Sequence record: MG748547
Direction: 5' to 3' (one strand)
Source of the DNA: Escherichia phage EP75
Length of the DNA: 64,000 nucleotides
Within the stretch, counting starts at the first letter, position 1. Each line of letters begins with the position of its first letter. Positions 1-9,819 of this stretch are shown piece by piece. A program made the translations under genes and the position numbers. The notes beneath the pieces are model-generated. The model saw nothing but the letters and a program-made list of their open reading frames with translations. It was not told where the DNA came from and did no database searches.

Positions 1-42
1 TAGCATTCATCTTGTAGTTCTCACTGTGGGGTAATGGGGCTA

Positions 43-2784
43 TTATGCCCCGAGAATACGTTTTGAAATAGCCTTCACAAATCTAGTGGCATCTTCAATC
101 GCGTTGTGTGCCGAAGGCTGATATGTTGACATCATGAATTTCACCAAACGATGACATTCAACTCGGTATCGGTTTTTGGCCTTTTGCTTTTGAGATATAG
201 TGCTAGTGACCTTTATCTCATCAAATCCTTCAGCAGTTAATTTTTCATTCAATAAATCAACAACTTGAGTTAACTGGTTACAGGCGCGGAAAAATCTCGT
301 AGTTGAGAAAGGCATTTCTATATGATAATGTAATTCCTCAACAGCCTTGCGGAAATAACCGTACCCCGATCCAGACGGATTTCGTTTGGCCAGCATACGA
401 ACAATCTTCCATTCTTCTTCAGTGATTTGTTGTTTCGCATAACCGATGATTGCTTTTGCCCTGTGTTGATGATGGGCATAGCCATCCGTAACTTTTCCAT
501 GGGAATCAATCAACAGCTTGGCACCATAATCAATGCGATGAGACATGATGTTTATGCCCTTGCGAAGTTTCAGGAGTTTCTTAGATTCAAGCGCCTGAAA
601 TTCATCTTTATAATGCTCAAGCAACATATCAAACACTGCGTCAATGGGGATGAATACTTCAGGAAATTTCTTCATCATCGGAACAGATTTACGACGCGCA
701 AGAACGATTGTTGGATGTGCTCCCAGCAAATCAAACAGGTTTTCGTTTCCATTCTCGCCGAACTTCGTTCTTTCCATCGCTTCACGCAAATGTCCAGCCG
801 TGGATTGTCGTAAGGTATTACCATGAATTTTATGGATACCTTCTCGGCCAGATACTTCGATATATACGATCTTTTTGCCCGAATCAATAATATCTGAAAC
901 GGTTTTTCCATCTAATTCATAAACGCTGTCGAAGTTAAATGAATTGTAATGGAAACTAAACATCCCAGGATCTTTTTCAACGGTCGGGCGAACATATTCC
1001 ATTTCATGCATGAAATAGACTTCATCCGGATTGAATAAATCGCCAAAGACCTCGATCAGTTTATCGGCAAAGACCAGGTAGTCCGGCGTTGTTTCTTGTA
1101 CACCGATCCATGATTCAAAATAAGACTTCAATTCCTCATGGTTGGTAAATGATTCTTTATGTGCCGCCAGCTGATTCCGATTACTGAAATAATTTTCATT
1201 CGGTTTGACGACGATAACGACATTGAAGTTATTGCGTGCTGTTTGTATCTTCAGGTTTCGAGCACGATTCGAGTTATCAATAATAACAGCAATTTTTGAT
1301 TTAGATTTCAACCAATTTCCGACAGAGTTCACATAAATGCTGTCGTGTACTACACCGTTGTCGTGTACTTCAATTTCGTAAGGACTACCAATAGACCGGA
1401 AAGGTGCATCCAAAGAGTAATCGCGCACGACGTCCGGCGCTCCGATATAACGGAACGTGCCTTTGTAGAAACGGTTATCTGCAGGAAATTCTCGCTCCAC
1501 TAATTTACGGAAACCGCTACCGAACATATCAGTCAGCTGAGTCTTTTTCATATACAACATAAGAGGACCCATTGACTCCGCTTGGCGAAGTTCATACATC
1601 TTCGCTTGCATGATATTTTCGGCCACATGCTTGAACACGCGGTTCAGGCTTTCACGAGTGAATTCGTCGTATGACAAGTCTTCGCGTGACGGCGGTACAT
1701 TCAGTTCTCCAAGTTCGAAGAAGGTATAGGAACTCGGGAATTTTTCCAGCACGGTGCATATTTCAGAGTCCAATTGGTCGAGATCTATCGGGTAAGAAAC
1801 CCCGCCCATGACAGCATAGTGGATGTTGTCGGAATCTGACTTCGGTTGGATATATGTGTTGCCTACACGGTTTTCGAAGTTGATGTCAGACCAACGGAAA
1901 GAATAACTGGCGTTTTCAACCTTCGGTCGCATTGAAGGTCGCATCACTCGACCCAAACGGACCAACTCTTGTTCAAAGGCGGTAAAACGCTGATTCTTTA
2001 CAGGAACTTTAACAGTCAGGCCGTTGAACTCATCAGTGTCTTCCGGTTTAGGATCACGGGTATCTAAATCCTTGGTAATGAGATCTACAGTTGGGATTCT
2101 GTCCGCATTCAGATACATCAGGAAGCGATACAGTTTCCCTTCATAGCGACTTTCTACTGTAAATGAATCAGATACCGCAAATGGGGATTTAGAACCTAGC
2201 CCAAACGCCCCTATTTGCCCGTCGTCGTCCTCTTTTGTACTATGGAAGAGTGTTGTATACAAACCAGGACCACGAATGATCTCGCCATCCTCAGCGCGGA
2301 ATACCAGTACCCCATTATAATAACCAGGTGTACCAATAACAGCAGTGCTATCAGGGATTTCGTCTTCCTTCACGACGATATTACCTTCAACCAGCACTTC
2401 ATCTTCACGCGCTGTAATAGGCTCGCCGATGATCATTTCTAATGGAAGACCAACCCCATAATCTTTAATTTCCAGCCAGGGTTCCATAACATCCGGTAAA
2501 TGTACAACAACAGGAGTTCCCTTGGGGGCAAGATGTTTGCTGTATCGTTGAGGCATAGGAGTGAGAGGAGCATAATGCGATGGCATCCAGCGTTGTTGGC
2601 GATCACGCATATTATGTGAGTCTATACCATTACACAACGTCTCACGCAAAGACGCCGCCTCTTTATATTTGTAGAGACTTGAAAATAATGTTTCAAATAA
2701 TTTATCCGTCATCTTGACATTGAATGTCTGTCCGACGATGGTAGAAGAAGAGCGCACGAAATGCTCGGACTTGCGCATTTTCAT
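43..2784 (-). CDS. rIIA: rIIA-like protein (lysis-inhibition / membrane-associated, GHKL-ATPase-like G-x-G-x-G segment GAFGLGSKSPFAV)
   Basis: 913-aa ORF; GHKL-type glycine-rich motif; size and position typical of rIIA in T4-like phages; rIIB would lie left of the window. Confidence 0.6.
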   Translation of the reverse strand: MKMRKSEHFVRSSSTIVGQTFNVKMTDKLFETLFSSLYKYKEAASLRETLCNGIDSHNMRDRQQRWMPSHYAPLTPMPQRYSKHLAPKGTPVVVHLPDVMEPWLEIKDYGVGLPLEMIIGEPITAREDEVLVEGNIVVKEDEIPDSTAVIGTPGYYNGVLVFRAEDGEIIRGPGLYTTLFHSTKEDDDGQIGAFGLGSKSPFAVSDSFTVESRYEGKLYRFLMYLNADRIPTVDLITKDLDTRDPKPEDTDEFNGLTVKVPVKNQRFTAFEQELVRLGRVMRPSMRPKVENASYSFRWSDINFENRVGNTYIQPKSDSDNIHYAVMGGVSYPIDLDQLDSEICTVLEKFPSSYTFFELGELNVPPSREDLSYDEFTRESLNRVFKHVAENIMQAKMYELRQAESMGPLMLYMKKTQLTDMFGSGFRKLVEREFPADNRFYKGTFRYIGAPDVVRDYSLDAPFRSIGSPYEIEVHDNGVVHDSIYVNSVGNWLKSKSKIAVIIDNSNRARNLKIQTARNNFNVVIVVKPNENYFSNRNQLAAHKESFTNHEELKSYFESWIGVQETTPDYLVFADKLIEVFGDLFNPDEVYFMHEMEYVRPTVEKDPGMFSFHYNSFNFDSVYELDGKTVSDIIDSGKKIVYIEVSGREGIHKIHGNTLRQSTAGHLREAMERTKFGENGNENLFDLLGAHPTIVLARRKSVPMMKKFPEVFIPIDAVFDMLLEHYKDEFQALESKKLLKLRKGINIMSHRIDYGAKLLIDSHGKVTDGYAHHQHRAKAIIGYAKQQITEEEWKIVRMLAKRNPSGSGYGYFRKAVEELHYHIEMPFSTTRFFRACNQLTQVVDLLNEKLTAEGFDEIKVTSTISQKQKAKNRYRVECHRLVKFMMSTYQPSAHNAIEDATRFVKAISKRILGA

Positions 2785-2859
2785 AGTATAGAATTCCTGT
2801 TCAGATCAAAGAAGAACACATTATTGGGTAAGGTTATGATACTGGCGGGTGGTTCAATA

Positions 2860-2886
2860 GAAAAGCCTCCAATCGGAGGCTTTAAT
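2860..2886 (-). terminator. GC-rich hairpin AAAGCCTCC-AATC-GGAGGCTTT between minus-strand genes
   Basis: perfect 9-bp stem read directly; intergenic position. Confidence 0.4.
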
Positions 2887-2891
2887 CAGGA

Positions 2892-3245
2892 TTAACTTCC
2901 CTGAACGTTTACAACGGTGGCGTTGAAATTGAATATCGGGTGGGTGGCACCTGGCTCTAACGTCTCTTCCAGATAACCCACAATATTGCGTGTCACAGAT
3001 TTCGGCTCTGCGCGGGAAGGCTTCGTTGCGCCGAGGTCAATAATGCTCGAAGTGACTTGTTCAACCTGAGTGTGATTGACAACAAAATGATAACGACTAC
3101 CGAAGGCCGCAACTTCAACTTCTGTTATTTCTAAACCACTCAATTCAGAGCTGTTCAACTGCTTCACATTCAATTGAGAGCGGAGGTGCTCTACAATATT
3201 GCTGTAAACATATTGTGGTGTGATCAGCTGTTCAATAGAACTCAT
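2892..3245 (-). CDS. hypothetical protein
   Basis: 117-aa ORF co-oriented with neighbours. Confidence 0.5.
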   Translation of the reverse strand: MSSIEQLITPQYVYSNIVEHLRSQLNVKQLNSSELSGLEITEVEVAAFGSRYHFVVNHTQVEQVTSSIIDLGATKPSRAEPKSVTRNIVGYLEETLEPGATHPIFNFNATVVNVQGS

Positions 3246-3254
3246 GACATATCC

Positions 3255-3446
3255 TCATTTCTTTGGGGGTTTATTGTTACTTAAACGGATCACCTCTGCT
3301 CGAAGGAAGAGGATTTCATCGGCCATCATTTTACCTTCTTGAAACATAACATGACATCGTGATGATCTGGGTTCACCTTCCGATAATGCGTAAAGGCGAT
3401 ATTCGGGGATGACATCATTTACGGCGTTTCTTTTTGTTCTTTCCAT
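3255..3446 (-). CDS. hypothetical small protein (start uncertain)
   Basis: ORF 3255..3548 trimmed to an internal Met to limit overlap with the 3415..3621 gene; weak RBS. Confidence 0.25.
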   Translation of the reverse strand: MERTKRNAVNDVIPEYRLYALSEGEPRSSRCHVMFQEGKMMADEILFLRAEVIRLSNNKPPKK

Positions 3447-3621
3447 GGGTCTTGGCCTTTTTAGGACGACTGACGGAAGGACGAGCATGCCCAGGTTCCC
3501 CAGGGGTACACCCTTGTGCATAACGATGATCATCCCAGAGACGACCATTATGCGTCATATCTTCAGCCATGGCGGACAAAGCAAGGGTTGCTACAGCCGC
3601 AGCAGATAATGGTTTAGACAT
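3415..3621 (-). CDS. small secreted protein with signal peptide and lysine/arginine-rich C-terminal tail
   Basis: AAGGAG RBS 7 nt upstream of internal ATG (MSKPLSAAAVATLALSAMA...); signal-peptide-like N-terminus; KKKRRK tail. Confidence 0.4.
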   Translation of the reverse strand: MSKPLSAAAVATLALSAMAEDMTHNGRLWDDHRYAQGCTPGEPGHARPSVSRPKKAKTHGKNKKKRRK

Positions 3622-4060
3622 TTGTTTCTCCTTTTGCTGCATACGACAGAGCTTTTACGATCATAACAGCCAAACCGATAGGATCGTATGCATTGTCGAA
3701 TTCTTGTTCTATGTTCTGACGAATTTCATCAGAAGATTGTACTTCAGAGCAGTTCTTACTCTGTCTGCGTTGCTCTTGCTCGACTAGATCTTTGAACAGA
3801 AGGTCTTTGAAAGAATACTCATCGAAGTTTTCAAGATACCGTTGGATGCTTGGTTGTTTTACATCCATCGTTTGACGCAAATTGCTAATAGTTGAACTTG
3901 CCTGTTCGCGGTGTTTGTTCATAACAGCAAAGTTAACGGGCTTGCCCCAAGCATTCATCACTGGATTAGAGCATACTTGGCCAAAGAGATCTTGGAAGGC
4001 ATCATCCATGTGGATCAACGCAGTGGCCAATTCCTCATAAGTCGGTTTTTGAGTAGTCAT
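3614..4060 (-). CDS. hypothetical protein
   Basis: 148-aa ORF. Confidence 0.5.
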   Translation of the reverse strand: MTTQKPTYEELATALIHMDDAFQDLFGQVCSNPVMNAWGKPVNFAVMNKHREQASSTISNLRQTMDVKQPSIQRYLENFDEYSFKDLLFKDLVEQEQRRQSKNCSEVQSSDEIRQNIEQEFDNAYDPIGLAVMIVKALSYAAKGETNV

Positions 4061-4434
4061 TTTCGTTTACTCCGATTTTTATATTTCTTAGCCTGACGTT
4101 TATGTTGGGCGGCTCCATATAGGCGCGGCGGCTTTTGATAACGTTGTGACGCAATTATGTCTCTGTCATCGGCTTCACAATACGAAATATCTGCCTTCCG
4201 TAACTGAGCCACCGCTTGAGATACCAAGGTTTTGCGTTCACTTTCTACCAGATCATCACAAATTATCATGCGTTCACCTGGTTCACAACGACGTTTAGGA
4301 ATATCGTCTACACTGATACATTCTACTTCAACGCCTTTCAACTTTTCTTGAAGGATAAAGGCCATAGCACGAGCGCCCACCCCTCCTCCAATAATTGCAA
4401 TCTTTCTTGGCTTGTCAGACATAATACATTCCAT
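4057..4434 (-). CDS. hypothetical protein with Rossmann-like GxGxxG N-terminus (IAIIGGGVGARA) and basic tail
   Basis: 125-aa ORF; glycine-rich dinucleotide-binding-like motif seen in translation. Confidence 0.45.
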   Translation of the reverse strand: MECIMSDKPRKIAIIGGGVGARAMAFILQEKLKGVEVECISVDDIPKRRCEPGERMIICDDLVESERKTLVSQAVAQLRKADISYCEADDRDIIASQRYQKPPRLYGAAQHKRQAKKYKNRSKRK

Positions 4435-4452
4435 AAAAAGGAGGATAGAGCA

Positions 4453-4482
4453 ATAATACCCTATCCCCCTTTATTGAAGAAC
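4453..4482 (-). promoter_or_regulatory. sigma70-like promoter candidate (GTTCTT-N18-TATTAT) with TTCAATAAA element and hairpin; -10 lies in the hairpin loop
   Basis: minus-strand reading CGTTCTTCAATAAAGGGGGATAGGGTATTATTGCTCTATCC; same architecture at 7577..7606 and 12194..12223. Confidence 0.35.
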
Positions 4483-4484
4483 GA

Positions 4485-4910
4485 TTAGTCTTTGGATTCT
4501 ACTTTATCACCGCGCAGATCCTGGACGGGTTTGCCATCCGGCGACATGATGTAGATGGTGTTAATTGTCTCAAACCAGGATAGTTCATCAACTCCTTCAG
4601 TGTATGGAGTTACCGGAACTGAAGTTTTGATATGATCACCATCGTTATTTGGGGTGCCATCAGACTTCAGCACTGGCACCAGGAAGGCGAAACGACCATT
4701 TGGATAAATCACCCCGCCTTTAAACATCCGGATCTTCTTGCGAGGGTTGTTGGCCTCGCCAAGGCACACGACCAGATGATGGATCATCTCCGGACGGGTA
4801 AGCAACGTGTCGTCACGGATGATACCCTGTTTAATAGCGGAGATCACCACTTCGTCCAACAGCGCCTGCTGCTGGTCCAGCGTCAGTGATTCAGTAAGTT
4901 TCAGAGCCAT
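4485..4910 (-). CDS. hypothetical protein
   Basis: ORF trimmed to MALKL start. Confidence 0.45.
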   Translation of the reverse strand: MALKLTESLTLDQQQALLDEVVISAIKQGIIRDDTLLTRPEMIHHLVVCLGEANNPRKKIRMFKGGVIYPNGRFAFLVPVLKSDGTPNNDGDHIKTSVPVTPYTEGVDELSWFETINTIYIMSPDGKPVQDLRGDKVESKD

Positions 4911-5042
4911 TATTCGTACCCCAAACATTTGTTTAAGAAAGTCAGGACATCGTCCATGGTCTTGACCTCAATTTCAATGCCGAGTTGTTCCGCCAACTTG
5001 TTGGTGTTCTCGACGATCTCTTTGTCTCGCGCTGACATGATG

Positions 5043-5612
5043 TCAGCCTTTGAAGTTGATCGGTTTCTGAACCCCAGCGTCAAACGCGGCCTGGGTGCGG
5101 GTATCGCTCACCACCTGGCAGGTCTTGTCAAGATCGATGCGCGGGTAGCCAAACACACCAGCAATCAACGAACCAGGGAACTGAGCCAGCTTGGTTTCGT
5201 ACATCGCGCAGATGTCAAGCTTCTTGGTCTGACTGATACGGAACTCATCGCGGCCTGAGCTGATGACAACCTGGATCTCTTTGTACAGGCTGGAATCGAA
5301 CTGAATGTTCTGTTCCTGGATCCACTGCATCACAGCCTTGGAACCATCAGCGCCATAACGCCCTTCGAATGTACCTTTGATCACTTCCTTCAGGCCGTCT
5401 TTGTACATGTCAGGAATCTGCGCCGTCTCCTGAACTTTGAGCGTGTAGTTGCTCAGGTAGTTCTCGGAGTCTTTGTTGAACTTCTTGACCTGCTGCTCAG
5501 TGCGGTTGAAGTCGTTGAAATAACTGACGAAACTACCAACACCGATTACAACAAAAGCCAGAATCGCCAAACCGATGATCCAACCAATTGAAATACCTTT
5601 ACGCTGCGACAT
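5043..5612 (-). CDS. LemA-family-like membrane protein (N-terminal TM helix; C-terminal FPGSLIAGVFGY motif)
   Basis: N-terminal hydrophobic helix plus RDEF...AMYETKLAQFPGSLIAGVFGYP resembling the LemA C-terminal signature (recalled, not searched). Confidence 0.45.
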   Translation of the reverse strand: MSQRKGISIGWIIGLAILAFVVIGVGSFVSYFNDFNRTEQQVKKFNKDSENYLSNYTLKVQETAQIPDMYKDGLKEVIKGTFEGRYGADGSKAVMQWIQEQNIQFDSSLYKEIQVVISSGRDEFRISQTKKLDICAMYETKLAQFPGSLIAGVFGYPRIDLDKTCQVVSDTRTQAAFDAGVQKPINFKG

Positions 5613-5627
5613 CTTTACTTCCTCTTG

Positions 5628-6737
5628 TTAAAACAAACGTTTGTAAGTGCGACCATTGTACTGCATATGGCCTAATATGAAAATTGCGGTAAACGGAACA
5701 CAACCTAATAAAACGACGATAATCACTTCCCATGTCTTGAGGTCACGCCATTTCAGATACTCCATTTCCTTCATTTCAACGCGGTTATAGCCTTTGCTTA
5801 TATTGACTGCAACTTCTTGGAATACTGATATCCCCATGGGTTTGCCAGTCAATGAAAGACCGTTTCGGGAATGAAGTTCCATGTTATTCATCCCATCAGC
5901 AAATGACGTGGATTTACCCCAATTGATTTTCATATCCTTCGATATGTCAGTAACCACAATGACATCGTTCTTTTTACCACCAGACCATGCATATAGCAGC
6001 CCCTGAAAATATTCCACAGGCTGGCCAGAAGTCACTACCCACACGATATTGACCTGACGTGATGCCCCCAATGTTTTCAAAGTGTTGTTCAGATAATCAT
6101 TCCAATAATCAACGGGAATATCCATCCCTGACATATTCAAAACACGGGTTACTCGGTAATAATCATACACCCTCGGATATGACGGGATATGATCTTTGAA
6201 CTTCTCAGCGAATTGCTGGTCAGATTTAGAGAATAATGAATCTTTGTTGCCCAGCACATAATTCATATATGAATGTTCACGTGCCGCAGGTTCCCCGATT
6301 TTAACTTGTGCCCAACGCGGAGGCTCTGTAGTACCCTGACGATCAATACGGTCAATGCTCAGATCACCGACGGTTGTTAATACGTCCCAATCAACGTCAT
6401 AAGAGTGCTCATAGCACGTGCTGCAATGACGCGTTTGTGTACAAGATCGGTTATTTCCTGAACCAGAGCAAGAAGTTGTGTAATAGCACATACATTCATA
6501 AGAATGGCTACAACCCACCTTATTTCGTTGCTTGTCAGTAACGTACCCATTCAAAATTTCAACATCTCCCGAACTACCCAGGGAAAATGCAGCGTATGCT
6601 CCCGACTGGATAAGGCAAGACAATACGATAACAATGGCCGTGGCGATCAAAGTCTCCTTTGGCTCATGAGTCTTGCGGTGATATATCACAAACAAGATGG
6701 CCAAAATTACAGGAACCACAAACAGAAGGTAAATCAT
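5628..6737 (-). CDS. membrane protein with cysteine-rich ectodomain (two N-terminal and one C-terminal TM helices)
   Basis: 369-aa ORF; hydrophobic segments at both ends; CSHSYECMCYYTTSCSGSGNNRSCTQTRHCSTCYEH cluster. Confidence 0.5.
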   Translation of the reverse strand: MIYLLFVVPVILAILFVIYHRKTHEPKETLIATAIVIVLSCLIQSGAYAAFSLGSSGDVEILNGYVTDKQRNKVGCSHSYECMCYYTTSCSGSGNNRSCTQTRHCSTCYEHSYDVDWDVLTTVGDLSIDRIDRQGTTEPPRWAQVKIGEPAAREHSYMNYVLGNKDSLFSKSDQQFAEKFKDHIPSYPRVYDYYRVTRVLNMSGMDIPVDYWNDYLNNTLKTLGASRQVNIVWVVTSGQPVEYFQGLLYAWSGGKKNDVIVVTDISKDMKINWGKSTSFADGMNNMELHSRNGLSLTGKPMGISVFQEVAVNISKGYNRVEMKEMEYLKWRDLKTWEVIIVVLLGCVPFTAIFILGHMQYNGRTYKRLF

Positions 6738-7120
6738 AACACACCATCCACGAGTTGTTCCTTCGTCATACCAAGAAGTTGATTTTTATGAGAACTGTGC
6801 GCCCCGTTCAATTTGAGCAATTCCCAGCGTTCTTCATGATACTGTGGAGTTATTGCATCGTCAAAAGAAACATGGTGGCGATGCATAATTGTTGCAACGG
6901 TGTGAAGAACGATTGCTGTTGCTCTTTTTAAAGCACGTGTATCCGTGATGTGGTCTTCGTATTCGATTCCCATCAAATCGAGTTCTTTTCGGATATATGC
7001 TATAGACAAATCACCTTCAGAATGCAATTTAACGATAGTCGCTTTCTTAGGATGTAACACGCCGTCTGTTTCTTTCATGAACAGATCGTACAAATATTGT
7101 TTGTATTCGGGGCGCTTCAT
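6734..7120 (-). CDS. hypothetical protein
   Basis: 128-aa ORF, 4-nt overlap with upstream gene. Confidence 0.45.
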   Translation of the reverse strand: MKRPEYKQYLYDLFMKETDGVLHPKKATIVKLHSEGDLSIAYIRKELDLMGIEYEDHITDTRALKRATAIVLHTVATIMHRHHVSFDDAITPQYHEERWELLKLNGAHSSHKNQLLGMTKEQLVDGVL

Positions 7121-7338
7121 CTCGTAATCCCTCCGGCACAGATAATATTCAGTTCACCGCGACGGAAACCGCCTTGCCCACCGTTCAATTTAGTCGGAAG
7201 CGTATCTTGAACTTTTTGTGCGAACCCTTCCGACACTACCAGATGACCCTTTTCTTGTTTCGGGGTAGATTCAAAATAATCGCCAAATGTCGCTTCCATA
7301 TCGAGCACAGACATGTCTTCAATTCGTTGCATTGCCAT
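7117..7338 (-). CDS. hypothetical protein
   Basis: 73-aa ORF translationally coupled. Confidence 0.4.
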   Translation of the reverse strand: MAMQRIEDMSVLDMEATFGDYFESTPKQEKGHLVVSEGFAQKVQDTLPTKLNGGQGGFRRGELNIICAGGITR

Positions 7339-7349
7339 GATATAGGACC

Positions 7350-7541
7350 TCAGTATAATTTCGTATAAACTTGTTTAACGCCAATATCGGCAGGAGCTGT
7401 GCTCTGCTGCATATTATAGAATGCCAAATCTGCTTGTTCTTTGTTTTCAAAATCAACTACAACTGTGTGTACTGATATTGCTTCACCCTGTCCATAAGCA
7501 TAACAACGGCTGGTGACCAATATTTTGTATTGAGGTGTCAT
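7350..7541 (-). CDS. hypothetical small protein
   Basis: 63-aa ORF preceded by AAGGA RBS and hairpin promoter element. Confidence 0.35.
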   Translation of the reverse strand: MTPQYKILVTSRCYAYGQGEAISVHTVVVDFENKEQADLAFYNMQQSTAPADIGVKQVYTKLY

Positions 7542-7576
7542 AAATCAATCCTTGCAAAAGAAAGGGGAACGGGCTA

Positions 7577-7606
7577 ATAATAACCCATTCCCCTTTATTG
7601 AAGAAC
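7577..7606 (-). promoter_or_regulatory. sigma70-like promoter candidate (GTTCTT-N18-TATTAT) inside TTCAATAAA + near-perfect 10-bp hairpin followed by TTTTCTTTT
   Basis: minus strand CGTTCTTCAATAAAGGGGAATGGGTTATTATTAGCCCGTTCCCCTTTTCTTTTG; may also act as terminator. Confidence 0.35.
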
Positions 7607-7621
7607 GCAATCGCAGTCAGA

Positions 7622-7789
7622 TTACTTTTTCTTCAGCTCTTCCAGCTTGGCTTCAATTTGGTCCAGAATCTCTTTACCTTTCTGGACGATGGCTTCACCG
7701 TCTTGCGCGTGTTTACGAAAAACCAGAGCGCCAGCTACGAAGCCGACAACAACGCCAGGAAGCGCATACACCAACAGATCTTGTAACAT
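7622..7789 (-). CDS. small membrane protein (55 aa, one TM helix), below ORF-track size cutoff
   Basis: minus-strand ORF MLQDLLVYALPGVVVGFVAGALVF... with GAGGAAATAAATC-ATG RBS; co-oriented with neighbours while listed plus-strand ORFs here are antisense. Confidence 0.35.
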   Translation of the reverse strand: MLQDLLVYALPGVVVGFVAGALVFRKHAQDGEAIVQKGKEILDQIEAKLEELKKK

Positions 7790-7827
7790 GATTTATTTCC
7801 TCACTTTTATAAGCAAGGATATTTATA

Positions 7828-9063
7828 TCATCGTTTCAACAAAGACATGAGGTTTACACTGGTCGACTTCGGATTGTCCTCTATATTCCGGACGGGCATT
7901 TTCAGATTAGTGTAAACCTCAGATGGTTCCCAACGCGTACCCTGCTGCAGGTGCCATATATGTAGAGGAACACCCGTTTCAAAGAACACAGGCATCTTCC
8001 ACTTCTGGACGCCAGGAACGTGCCCTGCAGGAGCTTTTTCGCACAACAGGGTATCTGGTAGCCAGAGGGAACGGGCTTCCCATAATGCCTTACAGGAGTA
8101 CTCAGGCCAGATGCGTTCCATGTAGTCGATCTCATCCCAAGTACGCTCGGCATCCCACCCGATGTAACGGGTATTCTTCAGACGGAAGAATTTCTTAAGC
8201 CAACAAGCACCGGAGGTCTCAAAGTTCAGACGATTGATGAACGTGATGTGGCCGAACTCTTCAACGCATTCCTGAAACGCTTTCTCAAGGTCGTTTTCGA
8301 GTATATCACATTCTTCGTCTGTAATAGGACAACCGTTGATCTTTTTCTTCCCGTGCTTGGTCACCCAATCATCACGGTTGGATAAGAACGCCGCGCCGTT
8401 ACGATTGGATTCGCTACCATCACGGTCACGCAACATGAAACCAGGGACGTCTATATCCCATATGTTACCGAAGACCATGTTCAGGGCTTCCAGGAAGTTC
8501 CATGCGCTCAGGCGACCGAAGTATTTCCATGACATCGCCGTATTCCACAGTTCAGTGAACTGGTCTTCCTTGGTAGTGCATTCCAACATCCAACGAAAAG
8601 AATCCATTTGGGTTTTACCACCCAACCAATCGATATAGGACTGAACGCACGGAATCATCTTCGACTTACGATAACGACAATCTGTATCGAAGCGCATACG
8701 ATCAAAGTTCAGGTTATACCAATCAGAAAATCGCTGAAACTCTTTCGGAGATTGTGGGGGTACAGGAAATTCACTGTAAATTGTCCATGGTCCAATCCCA
8801 TTATAGCAACAACCCCACAAAAAGGCCATCCAAATCTTGCGCTCGATCTTCTCGAGCTGTGTGATGCCTTCTGTAACCTCTATGGCATAATCCATCAGAC
8901 GGACTTGCTGGTTATGCTCTTCAGTGTAGGATAGCGCCTCCACCCATGCCTTGAGCAGGTACATGCGATTTTCTGGCTTACGATAATCTACTGCCAGATC
9001 AATCGGGTATTTCCATTTTTCAGGGGCTTTATACCCCTGCGGCATTTTAGAAATGTGTATCAT
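7828..9063 (-). CDS. 411-aa enzyme of unknown fold; candidate DNA-base hypermodification enzyme (possibly thymine pyrophosphorylase-type aminotransferase)
   Basis: large Trp/Cys-rich ORF in the same tightly packed minus-strand operon as a P-loop kinase and HAD phosphatase; function is inference from context. Confidence 0.3.
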   Translation of the reverse strand: MIHISKMPQGYKAPEKWKYPIDLAVDYRKPENRMYLLKAWVEALSYTEEHNQQVRLMDYAIEVTEGITQLEKIERKIWMAFLWGCCYNGIGPWTIYSEFPVPPQSPKEFQRFSDWYNLNFDRMRFDTDCRYRKSKMIPCVQSYIDWLGGKTQMDSFRWMLECTTKEDQFTELWNTAMSWKYFGRLSAWNFLEALNMVFGNIWDIDVPGFMLRDRDGSESNRNGAAFLSNRDDWVTKHGKKKINGCPITDEECDILENDLEKAFQECVEEFGHITFINRLNFETSGACWLKKFFRLKNTRYIGWDAERTWDEIDYMERIWPEYSCKALWEARSLWLPDTLLCEKAPAGHVPGVQKWKMPVFFETGVPLHIWHLQQGTRWEPSEVYTNLKMPVRNIEDNPKSTSVNLMSLLKR

Positions 9064-9245
9064 CCGATTTTACTCCCGAGTTCAACACGGAACGCCAGAT
9101 AGAAGAAAGTGGCGATCGATACTGGACAGATCACCAAGAATGGGCGCTGTTGCACCCCTTCTGTGACCATGACGCCGACCAGCGAAACCGTAAAGATAAC
9201 GAACATCAGCATCATGAAGATAAAATCAACATGCTTGATTTTCAT
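9060..9245 (-). CDS. small membrane protein
   Basis: 61-aa ORF with two hydrophobic helices; overlaps neighbours by 4 nt. Confidence 0.4.
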   Translation of the reverse strand: MKIKHVDFIFMMLMFVIFTVSLVGVMVTEGVQQRPFLVICPVSIATFFYLAFRVELGSKIG

Positions 9246-9612
9246 CTTTCACTTCCTCTACAGGAGAAACAACTTCAGGCTCAGCTTCGGGAGCCAGCTG
9301 AATTTCTTCGGGGCTTACTACGGGCTGTCCCAGAGACCAGATAGGCAGGAAACGACGATCATTCGTCACCAACCAAATTTGCTTGGCGGTTTTCGTCTTT
9401 TCGGAAATAAAATGCTGGGCATTGACCTGGGTACGAGCCAAACCCACCTGACGCCAAGAACCGAAATCCTTAGAAGAAGGATTGGTATTCAGTTGAAATT
9501 GTGGGACGATTTTATTCTGTTCCGGATAGTAACGGACAGCGTTAATCATCTTCGCATCACCACGGTAATCAATAGCAACAGCGACAACGTTGCGTGGAAT
9601 GAGGATTTTCAT
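9226..9612 (-). CDS. hypothetical protein
   Basis: 128-aa ORF. Confidence 0.45.
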   Translation of the reverse strand: MKILIPRNVVAVAIDYRGDAKMINAVRYYPEQNKIVPQFQLNTNPSSKDFGSWRQVGLARTQVNAQHFISEKTKTAKQIWLVTNDRRFLPIWSLGQPVVSPEEIQLAPEAEPEVVSPVEEVKDENQAC

Positions 9613-9613
9613 T

Positions 9614-9817
9614 TTAATTCCTTTTGAAACTCTGAATTATGTTATAGACGAAAGGCGTTAATAAGATAGCACCCCCCAAATAATATAACGCGTAAACGTT
9701 CAATATTTCGGTTGAATCCAACTCAACGATGCCCAAATATTTCATGACACCGACAAGCACAGCTGTGATACACATCACCAATCCGACGAACACAAAATAT
9801 TTAGACATCTGTTTCAT
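9614..9817 (-). CDS. small membrane protein
   Basis: 67-aa ORF, two TM helices. Confidence 0.4.
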   Translation of the reverse strand: MKQMSKYFVFVGLVMCITAVLVGVMKYLGIVELDSTEILNVYALYYLGGAILLTPFVYNIIQSFKRN

Positions 9818-9819
9818 TT

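Noticed and set aside
427-911. Plus- and minus-strand ORFs 427..813, 644..826, 675..911, 708..890
   Set aside because: Fully nested in or antisense to the rIIA gene; no RBS; low-complexity translations.
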